Positions 1-11,400 of a stretch of 64,000 nt of DNA are shown in pieces; positions within the stretch are counted from its first letter, which is position 1, and every line of letters begins with the position of its first letter. Source of the DNA: Aulosira sp. ZfuVER01 (GTDB lineage Bacteria > Cyanobacteriota > Cyanobacteriia > Cyanobacteriales > Nostocaceae); assembly GCA_034530615.2 (NCBI GenBank), contig JAVRCV020000073.1, positions 1 to 64,000 on the forward strand. The letters are read 5' to 3'. The position numbers and the translations under genes are program-made. A model generated the notes under the pieces. That model made no database searches and was not told where the DNA came from. It saw nothing but the letters and a program-made list of their open reading frames with translations.

Positions 1-168
1 CAATTCCCGATTTACCCGATGTTCCCGAACAAACAGGGGATGTGGAACTGCCAATCATTGAAACAGCCGCAACAATTCCCGATTTACCCGATGTTCCCGA
101 ACAAACAGGGGATGTGGAACTGCCAATTATTGAAACAGCCGCGACACTTCCCGATTTACCCGATGTTC
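1..168 (+). repeat. 72-bp in-frame tandem repeat (24-aa unit IPDLPDVPEQTGDVELPIIETAAT), at least 2.3 copies
   Basis: Units start at 1, 73 and 145 and are near identical; probably continues upstream of the window. Confidence 0.95.
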
Positions 169-2066
169 AAGATGTAGCATTAGATGCAGTAGCAGACGAA
201 GCTGAATCAACTACTGATGGGACAGAAGAAGATATTATCGAAATCGTTTCTAATCTGCCAGAACAGACATCTGAAGAAGCATCAACTAACTTAGGGGTAT
301 TAGCTGGGGGTGCAGCTGTAGCAGGTGCAGGAATTGGCGCTTGGGCGAATATTTATGGCAGTCAGGAAGATAATCATGCACCAGTGGTGGAAGCAGCGCC
401 AAATGCCAGTGGCGAAGACAGTGTGAACCTCAGACCTCACACACCCAAGTGGGCTTACGTATCGTGGCAGATTTCCGACACTCAAAAGCAGACATTGGAA
501 AATTCAGGTTCCCAATTGACACTGCGGCTGTACGATGTCACCGATCTTGACTTGAGTTATCAGAGTCCCCAGTTTGTACAGCAGTACGAATGTGACGAAA
601 CAGCACACGATCGCTTTTTAGCAATCCCCACAAGCGATCACAATTACATGGCAGAAATTGGCTATATTACAGATGGCGATCGCTGGGTGAAAATAGCTCG
701 TTCTGCAATTGTGCGTGTCTTTAGCAATCCCTACATCCCAGGTGAAGAAACTGCTGAGTCAGCAGCCTATGTCGAAGACAGCATTAGCCTCACACTCCGG
801 GATTCAGAATCAGCTTATGTGTCGTGGCAAATTTCCGACAATCAAAAGCAAGCATTACAAGATTCCGGTTCTCAACTGACACTACGGCTGTACGATGTCA
901 CCGATCTGGATTTGAGTTATCAAAATCCCCATCTGGTAGAGCAGTACGAATGTGACGCCACAGCACGCGATCGCTTTTTAGCAATCCCCACAAGCGATCA
1001 CAATTACATGGCAGAAATTGGCTATATTACAGATGGCGATCGCTGGGTGAAAATAGCTCGTTCTGCAATTGTGCGTGTCTTTAGCAATCCCTACATCCCA
1101 GGTGAAGAAACTGCTAATTTATCAGAAACCAATCTCAAAGACAGCATAATCTTTACACCCAAAACTTCAACATCGGCTGATGTCTCGTGGCAGATTTCTG
1201 ATGTTAACAAGCAAGCATTGCAGAGTACAGGCTGTCAGTTAGCACTGCGGTTATATGATGTCACTGGTATTGACCTCAGTTACCAAACTCCGCAGTTTAT
1301 CCAGCAGTATGAATTTGACACCACAACAGAAAATAGTGTGGTGGAAATTCCTGCAAGCGATCGCGACTACATAGCAGAAATTGGCTATGCTACAGATAGC
1401 GAAAACTGGATATCGATAGCCCGTTCCGAGATTGTGCGCGTCTTCAGTCATCCTTATAGAGAAGACAAAAACCATGCTGACTTACTAGATACAGATCGTG
1501 CACAGATTGAAAGCAGCATCACTCTCACACCTCGAACTCCCAAATGGGCTTATATCTGTTGGTACATTTCGGACACTGAAAAGCAAGTATTGCAGAATTC
1601 TGGAATTTCCCAACTATCAATCCGGCTTTACGATGTCACTGATATCGACCTGAGTTACCAAAATCCTCAGTTTGTACAGCAGTATGAATGTGAAGAATTA
1701 TCAAACGATCGCTTTGTAGCGATCCCGACAAGCGATCGCGATTACATTGTCGAAATTGGCTATGTTACAGATAGCGATCGTTGGATGCCAATAGCCCGTT
1801 CAAGCACTGTTCGCATCTTTAGCCGTCTCTATCCAGATTTCTGGTTTGTAGCTGATGCTGAACTTATTATCCACGGTGCAACAGAGCCAAATGCAAACGT
1901 AAACATTGCCGGTCATCCAATTAAACTGAAGCCGGATGGTACTTTTCATGTGCGTATCCCCTTCTCAGACGGCTTAATCGACTACTTGATGACAGCAACT
2001 TCTGCTGATGGACAACAGGCTAGTACCATTCATAAGAAGTTCTCTCAGGATACCCCCGAAGCCTAG
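3..2066 (+). CDS. DUF4912 repeat-containing protein (5'-truncated by window edge; four DUF4912-like repeats plus C-terminal beta domain)
   Basis: Frame is open from base 3. Four copies of the (AY)VSWQIS...LRLYDVTD.DLSYQ.P...QQYE...Y.AEIGY...W..IARS motif, then the C-terminal ADAELIIHGATEP...IKLKPDGTF typical of cyanobacterial DUF4912 proteins. Confidence 0.85.
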   Translation: MPDLPDVPEQTGDVELPIIETAATIPDLPDVPEQTGDVELPIIETAATLPDLPDVQDVALDAVADEAESTTDGTEEDIIEIVSNLPEQTSEEASTNLGVLAGGAAVAGAGIGAWANIYGSQEDNHAPVVEAAPNASGEDSVNLRPHTPKWAYVSWQISDTQKQTLENSGSQLTLRLYDVTDLDLSYQSPQFVQQYECDETAHDRFLAIPTSDHNYMAEIGYITDGDRWVKIARSAIVRVFSNPYIPGEETAESAAYVEDSISLTLRDSESAYVSWQISDNQKQALQDSGSQLTLRLYDVTDLDLSYQNPHLVEQYECDATARDRFLAIPTSDHNYMAEIGYITDGDRWVKIARSAIVRVFSNPYIPGEETANLSETNLKDSIIFTPKTSTSADVSWQISDVNKQALQSTGCQLALRLYDVTGIDLSYQTPQFIQQYEFDTTTENSVVEIPASDRDYIAEIGYATDSENWISIARSEIVRVFSHPYREDKNHADLLDTDRAQIESSITLTPRTPKWAYICWYISDTEKQVLQNSGISQLSIRLYDVTDIDLSYQNPQFVQQYECEELSNDRFVAIPTSDRDYIVEIGYVTDSDRWMPIARSSTVRIFSRLYPDFWFVADAELIIHGATEPNANVNIAGHPIKLKPDGTFHVRIPFSDGLIDYLMTATSADGQQASTIHKKFSQDTPEA
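608..1115 (+). repeat. 148-bp identical direct repeat (608-755 and 968-1115, 360-bp period) within the DUF4912 gene
   Basis: Lines 601-755 and 961-1115 match base for base from position 608/968. Confidence 0.95.
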
Positions 2067-2081
2067 TACCGTTGCACGGAA

Positions 2082-2200
2082 GTCATGGGGGAGAACTCCC
2101 ATGACCTTCGGTTGACGCTCCTTCTCCCAAGGGGAGACGCTACGCGAACGTCGCTAACGCCAGTCACCTGCGAAGGAAACCCTCCCGCAGTGAGTCCAGC
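2082..2200. repeat. Cluster of Nostocales small dispersed repeats and hairpins
   Basis: GTCATGGG-GGAGAACT-CCCATGAC hairpin, TCTCCCAAGGGGAGACGCTACGCGAAC and GGAAACCCTCCCGCAGT; GC-rich palindromic units directly after the stop codon. Confidence 0.65.
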
Positions 2201-2761
2201 ACTGCGCTAACTACGAATACCGATTTGATGGATACCACAATACAATTAGTAAAGAGGAAAGAAGGAAACTTTGCTTCTTTCTTTTTTTTTGATACAGTAG
2301 TTCTTTTTAGGATTAAGTACCAGTTAATCTGTATTTATCTGGAGTTGAATCTTATTCTTGGTATACACAAATCACCTGTTCAATATACAAAATGTTTTCC
2401 AGTAAACTTAGTTAAATATGGATGTACAATACAAATAAATCTGGATAGATCGATCGAGCGCTTCCGCCACAGAAGTATGAACGCCTTGAATCCTGCGTTT
2501 TCTGTACAAGCAAACAGTCAGAATTAGTGAGTATATAGTGGTCTATCTATAGAATATTGGGAATATTTCGTTAAATCTGTTTTGGCATAAGTCAAAAACT
2601 CAAGCTTTTCACTTTGAAATCTGCACAATTTACAGCAGTGAGGTTGATTAGCAGCAATTTACAGCATGATATATGCTGCTAGGCTAAAACATCAGTACAG
2701 AGTCTTTAGTGCTAATTTGTCCAAGAACCTTTTGTGATAGACAATCTAGAGGTATCAAACA

Positions 2762-3472
2762 ATGAATATGAATACATTTACCAAAGAAAAAGATAAAGAT
2801 AAACATCTTCAGGAAGAAAGAGATTGGCAAGGGCAAAAGCTAATAAATCATAGTGACGAATCTGAAGAAATAAACAAACAAGATTCTGCGGTATCAGGTT
2901 TACTTTTTCAAGGTGTTCATCGTGGTAGAGTTGCTATTTTTATTGATGGCATAAATCTATTTCATGCGGCTTTGCAACTTGGATTGGAAATTGATTATCT
3001 CAAATTACTTTGTCGTTTAACAGAAAATTCGCGGTTGTTACGTGCTTTTTTCTATACAGGAATTGATATCTCACGACCACCTGCTATTCGTCTACGTTCC
3101 CATGAAAAGCAACAGGGTTTTCTTTTCTGGATGCGTCGCAATGGTTATCGTGTAGTTACCAAAGAATTCCAACCTTCCGAAAATTATAAAAAACCCAATT
3201 TGAATGTAGAAATTGCTGTAGATATGATCAATTTAGCTCCTTACTACGATACAGCAGTCTTAGTCAGTGGAGATGGAGATTTAGCTTATGCTGTCAATGC
3301 TGTGAGCAGCACAGGAGTAAGAGTAGAAGTGATCAGCTTACGCACAATAACTAGCGATAACTTAATTGATGTAGCTGACTACTTCATTGACCTAGAAAGC
3401 ATTAAACAACACATCCAAAAAGATTCTAAAGTTGGCTATAATTATCGTACTTTATCAAATTCTAGTGTTTAA
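2762..3472 (+). CDS. NYN domain (LabA/DUF88 family) protein
   Basis: VAIFIDGINL...LLRAFFYTG...VEIAVDM...DTAVLVSGDGDLAYAV...GVRVEV...LIDVADYFIDL. Confidence 0.9.
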   Translation: MNMNTFTKEKDKDKHLQEERDWQGQKLINHSDESEEINKQDSAVSGLLFQGVHRGRVAIFIDGINLFHAALQLGLEIDYLKLLCRLTENSRLLRAFFYTGIDISRPPAIRLRSHEKQQGFLFWMRRNGYRVVTKEFQPSENYKKPNLNVEIAVDMINLAPYYDTAVLVSGDGDLAYAVNAVSSTGVRVEVISLRTITSDNLIDVADYFIDLESIKQHIQKDSKVGYNYRTLSNSSV

Positions 3473-3673
3473 ATTTAAATCCTCTACTTATAAAGTAGAG
3501 CAAATAAATTTCTCGACTGTTATTTATTAGTTATTGGGTCATTTTTGTTAACACAGCACAAATGAACCAATAACTAATGACGATTCTTACGAAAAAAAAT
3601 TCAATATGTTAAGTGTAGTAGCTTAAAATTACAACTCAGGAATGTCTCTGCGTTTACGCTTGCCTTAAGTTAT

Positions 3674-4384
3674 ATGGATATTTTAATTGTTGAAGATGAA
3701 CCCGAAATTGCGCAATTAATCCAGCTGTCTTTAGAAAAAGAAGGATTTATCTGCCGAATTAGCCGTGATGGTATAAATGCCTTGCGGATGTTTCAAGAGC
3801 AACCACCAGATTTAATTATTTTGGACTTAATGATCCCTGGTCTGGATGGGCTAGAAGTTTGTGCCAGAATTCGCCAAAAACCAGGAGCAAAAGACCCTTA
3901 TATTTTGATGCTCACAGCTAAAAGTGAGGAAATCGATCGCGTGATTGGTTTATCTACTGGTGCTGATGATTACATGGTCAAGCCATTCAGCCCCAGAGAA
4001 TTAGTTGCGAGAGTGCGAGCCTTATTACGGCGTAGCCTCCGCCAAGGCGGACAACATCAAGTCAATCGCAGCCAACACTTTATTGTAGATATAGACCAGC
4101 GCACTGTGAGCCGCCAGCTAGATTCTCAGCCACCAGAAATGTTGGACTTAACGACCTTAGAATTTAACTTGTTAAGTACCTTTGTCAGCAATCCTGGTCG
4201 AGTTTGGAACCGTACTCAATTAATTGACAAACTTTGGGGTGATAACTTTTTTGGTGATGAGCGTGTAGTTGATACTCACATAGCTCGGTTGCGCAAAAAA
4301 ATTGAACCTGATCCAGGTAATCCTACATTTATTAAAACTGTAGTGGGAGTAGGCTATAAATTTGACGACTCCAATGCGGCGTAA
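3674..4384 (+). CDS. OmpR-family response regulator
   Basis: Receiver (ILIVEDE, LIILDLMIP, KPF) plus winged helix (LTTLEFNLL, ERVVDTHIARLRKKIE, IKTVVGVGYKF). Confidence 0.95.
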   Translation: MDILIVEDEPEIAQLIQLSLEKEGFICRISRDGINALRMFQEQPPDLIILDLMIPGLDGLEVCARIRQKPGAKDPYILMLTAKSEEIDRVIGLSTGADDYMVKPFSPRELVARVRALLRRSLRQGGQHQVNRSQHFIVDIDQRTVSRQLDSQPPEMLDLTTLEFNLLSTFVSNPGRVWNRTQLIDKLWGDNFFGDERVVDTHIARLRKKIEPDPGNPTFIKTVVGVGYKFDDSNAA

Positions 4385-4427
4385 CAAGTAACAAGAGATA
4401 GATAGACTACACATAAATCAATTGCAC

Positions 4428-4522
4428 ATAGCAATCCTAAATTTTTTGTGAAAAAAATTTATTGCCTATTACCTATTGCCTGACTTCACGAACAATTTGA
4501 CTATTCAAATAGGATTGCTATA
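4428..4522. mobile_element. MITE-like element with ATAGCAATCCTA / TAGGATTGCTAT terminal inverted repeats
   Basis: 12-bp perfect inverted ends; related ends recur at 17161-17268, 39189-39267, 25171, 18721 and 49161. Confidence 0.65.
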
Positions 4523-4577
4523 GCACCTTAAGGCTCAAAACCATTTTTTCTTTCTTTTGCCTTATTTGGTAAATACT

Positions 4578-5690
4578 ATGAAACGTGACTGGCGTTGGAC
4601 AAAATCCTTGCCTTTAGCATCGCGCTTATTATTCTCACACTTGGTAGTGATGATAGTAGGGGTCTTTAGTCTAGTAATCATCAGTAAAATCTCTTCTCCT
4701 CGTTTCTTTGTCCTCCACTTAGAACGGCTAGAAAATGAAGGAGTCGATTTAATTGATATCCGCACTGAATTGGTGCAAGGATTTGAAACAGCTTGGCGGC
4801 GCAGCACTCTCTGGTCGGTGATAGTTGGTACTACTGCGGCGGGCGGATTGAGTTACTGGGTATCTAGAAGAATTATGCAGGGATTGACCGAGATGGAACA
4901 AATTACCCGACAGTTTGCGGCGGGTAATTTTGAAGCACGGCTACCCATGTCTGATATTCCAGAAATTAATCAACTAGGTGCTAGTTTTAACCGCATGGCA
5001 GATAGTATAGAAGGTGTGGAAGCGCGGCGACGGGAATTAATTGGAGACATGACCCATGAACTGCGAACACCTCTAACAGTTGTACGTGGTTACTTAGAAC
5101 AACTGACTGATGGCGAAATTGAACCATCCCCTGATATTTATCGACGGCTAGCAAAGGAAACTAAGCGTTTAGAGCGATTAGTCAACGACTTACAAGAACT
5201 ATCTAAGGCAGAAGCTGGTTATTTAGCGATTAATATAAAGCGAGTAAATTTGCGACCTTTGTTAGAGTCATTAGTAGAAAAATTTACAGACCAATTATTA
5301 GAAGATGGCCCGGTTCTGCGTTTGGAATGTCCATCTTCACTGCCTTTTGTTTTGGCGGATCTGGATCGTACAGAACAGGTACTAGTTAACCTCTTAGGTA
5401 ATGCAGTGCGCTACACCAATAAAGGTTCAATTACCATCCGTGTTTGGGCTGACTCATTTCAACTGTGGATTGCTGTTATCGATACAGGTATTGGTATCGC
5501 TCCGGAGAATTTACCTCACGTGTTTGAACGCTTTTGGCGTGCTGACTCATCCCGCGCTCGTTATTCTGGGGGAACAGGTATTGGTTTAACTATTTCTAAG
5601 CGCTTAGTTGAACTGCAAGCAGGTCAGCTCCAAGTAGAAAGCAAAAAAGGAGTAGGCAGTAAGTTTCAATTTTCTTTGCCATTGGCTTAG
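4578..5690 (+). CDS. HAMP-domain sensor histidine kinase (cognate of upstream regulator)
   Basis: Two TM segments, HAMP, H-box THELRTPL, N-box NLLGNAVRY, G1 DTGIGI, G2 GTGIGL. ATG at 4578 preferred over TTG at 4557. Confidence 0.93.
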   Translation: MKRDWRWTKSLPLASRLLFSHLVVMIVGVFSLVIISKISSPRFFVLHLERLENEGVDLIDIRTELVQGFETAWRRSTLWSVIVGTTAAGGLSYWVSRRIMQGLTEMEQITRQFAAGNFEARLPMSDIPEINQLGASFNRMADSIEGVEARRRELIGDMTHELRTPLTVVRGYLEQLTDGEIEPSPDIYRRLAKETKRLERLVNDLQELSKAEAGYLAINIKRVNLRPLLESLVEKFTDQLLEDGPVLRLECPSSLPFVLADLDRTEQVLVNLLGNAVRYTNKGSITIRVWADSFQLWIAVIDTGIGIAPENLPHVFERFWRADSSRARYSGGTGIGLTISKRLVELQAGQLQVESKKGVGSKFQFSLPLA

Positions 5691-5909
5691 ATGCTTTCAA
5701 GGGTAACATTCAGTCAATCGCTTTATCGCTATACTGATCCACTGTGTATACATTTTTGGCAAATTTACTGACACTGTTATATATGCATACAAGCATATCC
5801 TAGCAGTGAGTTTAAAGATTATTTGTTGGTGCTTAACTTTATAGTTACGCCCCCGAAGTTTCTGGGAAGACTAGTCTTAATTAAGAAATTAGTATATTCC
5901 TAGACTGTT

Positions 5910-6245
5910 ATGGCAATTCCCCTGTTTGTTGGAGATGCTAGGCGAACGGATAACTACGCTGAGGCGAATGTTGAGATTTCCGGCGATCAAATTGCCGAAG
6001 ATGTTGATCGAGCAGTTTGCGATGCTGACCAATTCCTTATTGTCATCAAACAGTCTACAGAAGTTGGGAGTGGCGTAGATGCGAAGCAGCTTGTCGTCCG
6101 ACATCGCATCAAAATCCGCAACTGGCAAACAGATATAATCTCCACCTTAAAAAACTTAGTAGCAGGGGTGACATATAAAACCAATAACTTGAATGCGGTC
6201 AATTGGCAACCTGTCATAGATGAGGTGTTTGATGTCCGCAGTTAA
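5910..6245 (+). CDS. Hypothetical protein, 111 aa, overlapping the start of the downstream kinase
   Basis: ATG start, plausible composition, stop overlaps the start of the next gene; no recognisable family. Confidence 0.7.
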   Translation: MAIPLFVGDARRTDNYAEANVEISGDQIAEDVDRAVCDADQFLIVIKQSTEVGSGVDAKQLVVRHRIKIRNWQTDIISTLKNLVAGVTYKTNNLNAVNWQPVIDEVFDVRS

Positions 6246-8196
6246 CCTAAGAAGGATTCTAAATAAAAAAGAGTTGCCTTCTTTGCTTCAGGACTTAGTA
6301 TCTCATCTCAACATCGCGATTGATGTTGAACTAGTAGACGGCACTAAACTGATAAACATTGGAGAGCAAACCTCAGAAAACCGCTATCCAATTGAGGTAT
6401 CAGGAGAAATCATCGGTTGGGTTTTGGGAGAAAAACAGGCAACTCTAGTAGCATCTTTGCTCTCATTTCTGGCAAAACAGGAAGCTGAAAAGAAAGAACT
6501 AGCCAAAGAACTCCTGGAAAGATACCAAGAAATTGATTTGTTTGAGGATATCTCGACGCAACTGACCACAAGTTTAGATAGGCGACAGATTGCTCAACTT
6601 GTACTTCAAGAAATAAGTCAATTGATGGAATCGTCTGCGGGAACTATCTTGCTCCTCAGTTCAGATGCTACTGCATTTGAAATCATTGGCGAATTTGGAG
6701 AGTTTTTTGAACAACATCAGCCGGAACCAGGTAAGGGTATTATTGGCGACATTGTGCAATCTGGTCGGGCAGAACTTGTTAATGATGTGCAAGCAGATCC
6801 GCGATTGTGGGGGCAGAAAAACATTAATGCTCTAATATGCGTACCTTTGAGAGCAAAGGAACGGATACTGGGAGCGATCGCCATTGGCACACCCAAAACC
6901 GACGCATACAAAGCTGAACACCTCAAACTCGTGAGTATCTTTGCCTCGCAAACTGCGATCGCCATTGAAAAAGCTTTACTTTACGAGCAAAGCACTCAAG
7001 CAACTGCCCAAGCAAAAGCTCAGACAGAAAAGCTTCAGCAAGCCCTCCACGATCTGCAACTAGCCCAAACCCAGTTAATCCAAAGTGAGAAAATGTCCAG
7101 TTTGGGGCAACTAATTGCCGGAGTTGCCCACGAAATCAACAACCCAGTGAATTTTATTTGCGGCAATTTAAGGTATGTTTCCGAGTACGCCCAAGACTTA
7201 TTGCATCTGCTGCAAGAGTATCAGAAATTTCTATCTGTAACTCCACCAGATCTGGAATCAGAGCTAGACAGCATAGATCTGGAATTTATCATGGAGGATC
7301 TCCCCAAAATGCTGGATTCGATGAAGCTAGGCAGCGATCGCATTGTAGAAATTGTCCAATCTCTGAAAAACTTCTCTCGCCATGACGAATCCCAGATGAA
7401 AGCCGTCAACATCCACGATGGCATCGATGGTACGCTGATGATTTTGCGCCATCGCCTGAAAGCAGCATCTCACCGTCCGGAAATTGAAGTCGTCAAAGAC
7501 TATACAAAACTTCCCTTAATTGAATGCTATCCCGGACAGTTGAATCAGGTATTTATGAATATCCTGGCAAATGCCATTGACGCTTTAGAAGAGTCAATAG
7601 TCAACAGCCCTGAACTGTTGACTAAACCCCAAATTACCATTTGCACTGAAGTCCTCAACAATCAGTGGGTAGCAATTCGCATTGCCGACAATGGCCCGGG
7701 GATGAAGGAAGAGGTAATCAAACGCATTTACGATCCTTTCTTTACTACGAAAGAGATTGGTAAAGGAACGGGGTTAGGCATGGCAATTAGCCACCAAATT
7801 GTTGTGGAAAAACACCAAGGAATTCTTAAGTGCCGTTCTCAACCCGGTAAAGGCACAGAATTCTGGATTCAGATTCCGGTGGATTGTGCAGCGGTGGAAA
7901 CTGTGGAAGCACACAGTAGTGAAATTTCTGCTCCGCCAATTTCTCTAACCGAGTCATCCCCCACTCCCGATGCAGACGGTTTCATTGCATCAACAACTCC
8001 TATCCTGAAACCAACGGAGTTGCTACTGCGCCATACTCAACTGCTCCGGCGGTTGTCGCAGCAAAATCCAGATGTTGGTGCTACATCACCCGATCGGATT
8101 TACCAAATGTTTCAACGCCACCCAATTTCGTTAAAGCTTTACGCCACCTTATTGTCCTGGTTCTGTTGTTCTCAGCCTACCCAGATTCACCACTAG
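6232..8196 (+). CDS. GAF-domain sensor histidine kinase (NtrB-like class)
   Basis: GAF (VNDVQADPR, ICVPL), QSEKMSSLGQLIAGVAHEINNP H-box, DNGPGM, PFFTTK, GTGLG. GAGGTG Shine-Dalgarno precedes ATG 6232. Confidence 0.93.
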   Translation: MSAVNLRRILNKKELPSLLQDLVSHLNIAIDVELVDGTKLINIGEQTSENRYPIEVSGEIIGWVLGEKQATLVASLLSFLAKQEAEKKELAKELLERYQEIDLFEDISTQLTTSLDRRQIAQLVLQEISQLMESSAGTILLLSSDATAFEIIGEFGEFFEQHQPEPGKGIIGDIVQSGRAELVNDVQADPRLWGQKNINALICVPLRAKERILGAIAIGTPKTDAYKAEHLKLVSIFASQTAIAIEKALLYEQSTQATAQAKAQTEKLQQALHDLQLAQTQLIQSEKMSSLGQLIAGVAHEINNPVNFICGNLRYVSEYAQDLLHLLQEYQKFLSVTPPDLESELDSIDLEFIMEDLPKMLDSMKLGSDRIVEIVQSLKNFSRHDESQMKAVNIHDGIDGTLMILRHRLKAASHRPEIEVVKDYTKLPLIECYPGQLNQVFMNILANAIDALEESIVNSPELLTKPQITICTEVLNNQWVAIRIADNGPGMKEEVIKRIYDPFFTTKEIGKGTGLGMAISHQIVVEKHQGILKCRSQPGKGTEFWIQIPVDCAAVETVEAHSSEISAPPISLTESSPTPDADGFIASTTPILKPTELLLRHTQLLRRLSQQNPDVGATSPDRIYQMFQRHPISLKLYATLLSWFCCSQPTQIHH

Positions 8197-8234
8197 TACC
8201 AATTCAAAATTCAAAATTAACCCTCTTTCCTTTT

Positions 8235-8390
8235 GCCCTTCGGGTTCAGCAGTGACGCTCCTGCGTCGCTACCGCTGACGCTCGAAGACTCGCTAACGCT
8301 AACGCAATCGACGCAAAGCGAAGCCACTGCGTTGGACGGGTTTCCCGGCTTGAAGCAAGTGGCGTCCAAGACTGCGACTGCCTCACCATC
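8235..8390. repeat. Stacked small dispersed repeats between two kinase genes
   Basis: GC-rich mosaic GACGCTCCTGCGTCGCT / GACGCTCGAAGACTCGCTAACGCT / GCCACTGCGTTGGACGGGTTTCCCGGCTTGAAGCAAGTGGC; shares GACGCTCC, CGCTAACGC and GGGTTTCC motifs with 2082-2200. Confidence 0.65.
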
Positions 8391-8442
8391 TGCCTCCTGC
8401 TTAATCTCAACGAGAAATATTCACATCGACCTAATTATCACC

Positions 8443-11400
8443 ATGTCTAGCCAACTTGAGGAATACAACCGTCAGCTATTAGAAAAATGCCCCATTGGTC
8501 TGGTACTGTGCCAATTGGATGGAGCGCTGATTGACATCAACCCCGCTTATGCTGCCATTTTGGGGCGTACTGTCCCAGAAACCCTAAACTTTAACTATAC
8601 TGTCGAGCCAGCCATTCTAGAAGATTTGAAACTAACTGGTCGCTACGGGCCTTATGAACAGGAGTTAATTCATAAAGATGGGCGCTTAGTTCCAGTCAGA
8701 GTCTCTGGGCAGATCATTGAGAAGGATGGGGAGCAGTTGATCTGGTCAAGTATCGAAGATATCAGCGACATCAGGCGTGCCCAACAAGAACGCCGACAAT
8801 CGGAAAAAATCTTGAAACAGAGCGAAGCAAGATATCGCTCTTTGGTAAAAACTAATACGCAAATTATCTGGGTCAGCACGCCAGAAGGAATTTGCTTTGA
8901 ACTTAAAGACTGGATCGCCTATACAGGGCAAACTTTAGCCGAAGCGGAAAATGGAGGCTGGATTGAGGCTGTTCATCCCGACGATCGCGGCTACACCGGA
9001 GAAGCTTGGGGTATTGCGGTAGCAAACCTGAGCATGTATCAAATTGAATACCGAATTCGGGGTAAGGATGGCAACTATCGCTACTTTTGGGTTTGGGGTG
9101 CCCCCGTCATCGAAGAAGATGGTAGCGTTCGGGAGTGGATTGGCACTTGTACCGATATTCACGATCGCAAGCTAGCAGAAGCCGAAAATCAGTGGCTGAA
9201 AGAACGATATCGCACTTTAGTCGCTGCCACCTCACAGATCTTTTGGGCAGCTACTCCCGAAGGATTGGGGATAAGTAAAGAAATGCTTACCTGGATCGCC
9301 TACACAGGTCAGACTGAAGAAGAAGTTGCGGGTTGGGGCTGGCTCGATCCTATTCACCCTGACGATCGTGCCCATTCCTTTGATGCCTGGAGTACGGCGG
9401 TGGCCAACCGAGGTATCTATGAAACCGAATATCGGCTACGTGGCAAGGATGGTAACTACCGCCACTTCTGGGTCTGTGGTGCTCCCGTTTTAGAAGCAGA
9501 CGGTAGCATCCGGGAATGGATTGGTAACTGTACAGATATTCACGATCGCAAGCTAGCAGAAGCCGAAAATCAGCGTTTGTTGGATATGTTGAATCATTCC
9601 AGTGATGCCATCATTGTGCGCGACATGACCGACAAAATCTTGTACTGGAATCAAGGTGCTGAAAGGCTCTACGGTTGGATGCGTGAGGAAGTAAAAGAGC
9701 AATACGTTCAAAAATTTATCAAAAAAACCTTTCCCAAACCAAAAGAGTTAATCGTAGCAGAGTTATTACAGCAAGGTAATTGGGAAGGAGAAGTGGAACA
9801 CCTCACCCACGATGGTAGACAGATTATCGTGCAGAGCCGCTGGACATTGCAACGAGATATCGACAGTCAACCCAGCGCCATACTGGAAATCAATACCGAT
9901 ATTTCTGCCCGTAAGCAAGCCGAAATCGCTCTACGCCAACTAAATCAAGAATTAGAAGCCAGAGTAGCAGAACGAACAGCTGCCTTGCAAAATACCTTAG
10001 CAGAAGCGCAGGGTTTAAATGCTATTTTAGATAACTTAGCGGATGGTTTATTGGTGACAGATATCACCGGACAAATCACTCACTTCAATCCTGCCTTTTT
10101 AGCTATGCATGGATTGACAGCCACCGCTATTAACGGACACTACCGGGAACTGCCAATATCTGGTTTAGCAAATCTGATTGAACAAACCCAATCTCATCCC
10201 CAAGAAGTGTTCGCTGCCGAAATTTCTCTGGCGAAGGAACGCATTGGTCAAGCAGTAGCGACCGCCATCTTCAAGAAAGGGATAGACACAGAACCCTCTA
10301 CTTGCTTCGGTTCGGCGCTACTGATTCGGGATGTGACGGCGGAAAAAGAAATCGACAAGATGAAGACTGATTTCATCTCTACAGTTTCCCATGAACTGCG
10401 GACACCATTAACTTCTGTCCTCGGTTTTGCCTCCATTATTAAAGAAAAGCTAGAAACTGACGTGTTTCCCATATTTTCTACTGAAGACCGCAAGCTTCAG
10501 AAAACGATCAAGCGGGTGGGTGACAATCTCAACATTATTGTGTCGGAAGCAGAACGGCTGACATCTTTGATTAACGATGTTTTAGACATCGCCAAAATGG
10601 AAGCAGGTAAAGTGGAATGGCAAATGCAACCCCTCGACCCCAGCGAGTTACTGGATTGGGCGACCACTTCCACATGGGCGTTATTTGAAACTAATGGCTT
10701 GCGCCTGATCAGCGAAATTGAACCAGGAATACCGCAAATCATTGGCGATCGCAATCGTCTGTTGCAAGTCTTGATCAACTTGATTTCCAATGCCGTTAAA
10801 TTTACCAAATCTGGTTCTGTCACCTGTCGCATCCAACAAAGAAACGACGGTGTTTGCATCAGCGTCATCGATACAGGTATTGGCATTGCACCTGAAGACC
10901 AGCCGAAAGTGTTTGAGAAATTCCGCCAAGTTGGGGATACTCTCACCGACAAACCCAAAGGTACGGGGTTAGGCCTACCCATCTGCAAACAAATTGTCGA
11001 TCATCACGGCGGTAGAATTTGGGTGGAGAGCGAACCAGGCAAAGGTAGCACATTCTCGTTCCTCATTCCCACCTACACCAGCGAACGCAAAGACAGTACC
11101 AATTTGAATTTAGATGCGTTGGTTAAACAACTCAAAGAACACGTCATCACCACAAATACTGTGCTGGAAGAAAACCGCAAAACAATTCTAGTAGTGGATG
11201 ATGATGCCAATATTCGAGAACTGCTTCGTCAACAACTGGAAAATGAAGGTTACAACGTTCGGGAAGCCAAAGATGGTATGGATGCGATTCAGCAAATCAA
11301 AACAAATCGTCCCGATTTAATTCTCCTCGATGTGATGATGCCCCAAATTAATGGCTTTGATGTGGCAGCAGTCCTCAAAAACGATCCTCATACCTCAGAC

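Noticed and set aside
2225..2527. 100-aa ORF
   Set aside because: AT-rich intergenic DNA with a poly-T run, no motif and no clear RBS; probably spurious.
8233..8442. TTG start and 70-aa extension of the PAS hybrid kinase
   Set aside because: Runs through small dispersed repeats; ATG 8443 directly precedes the first PAS domain.
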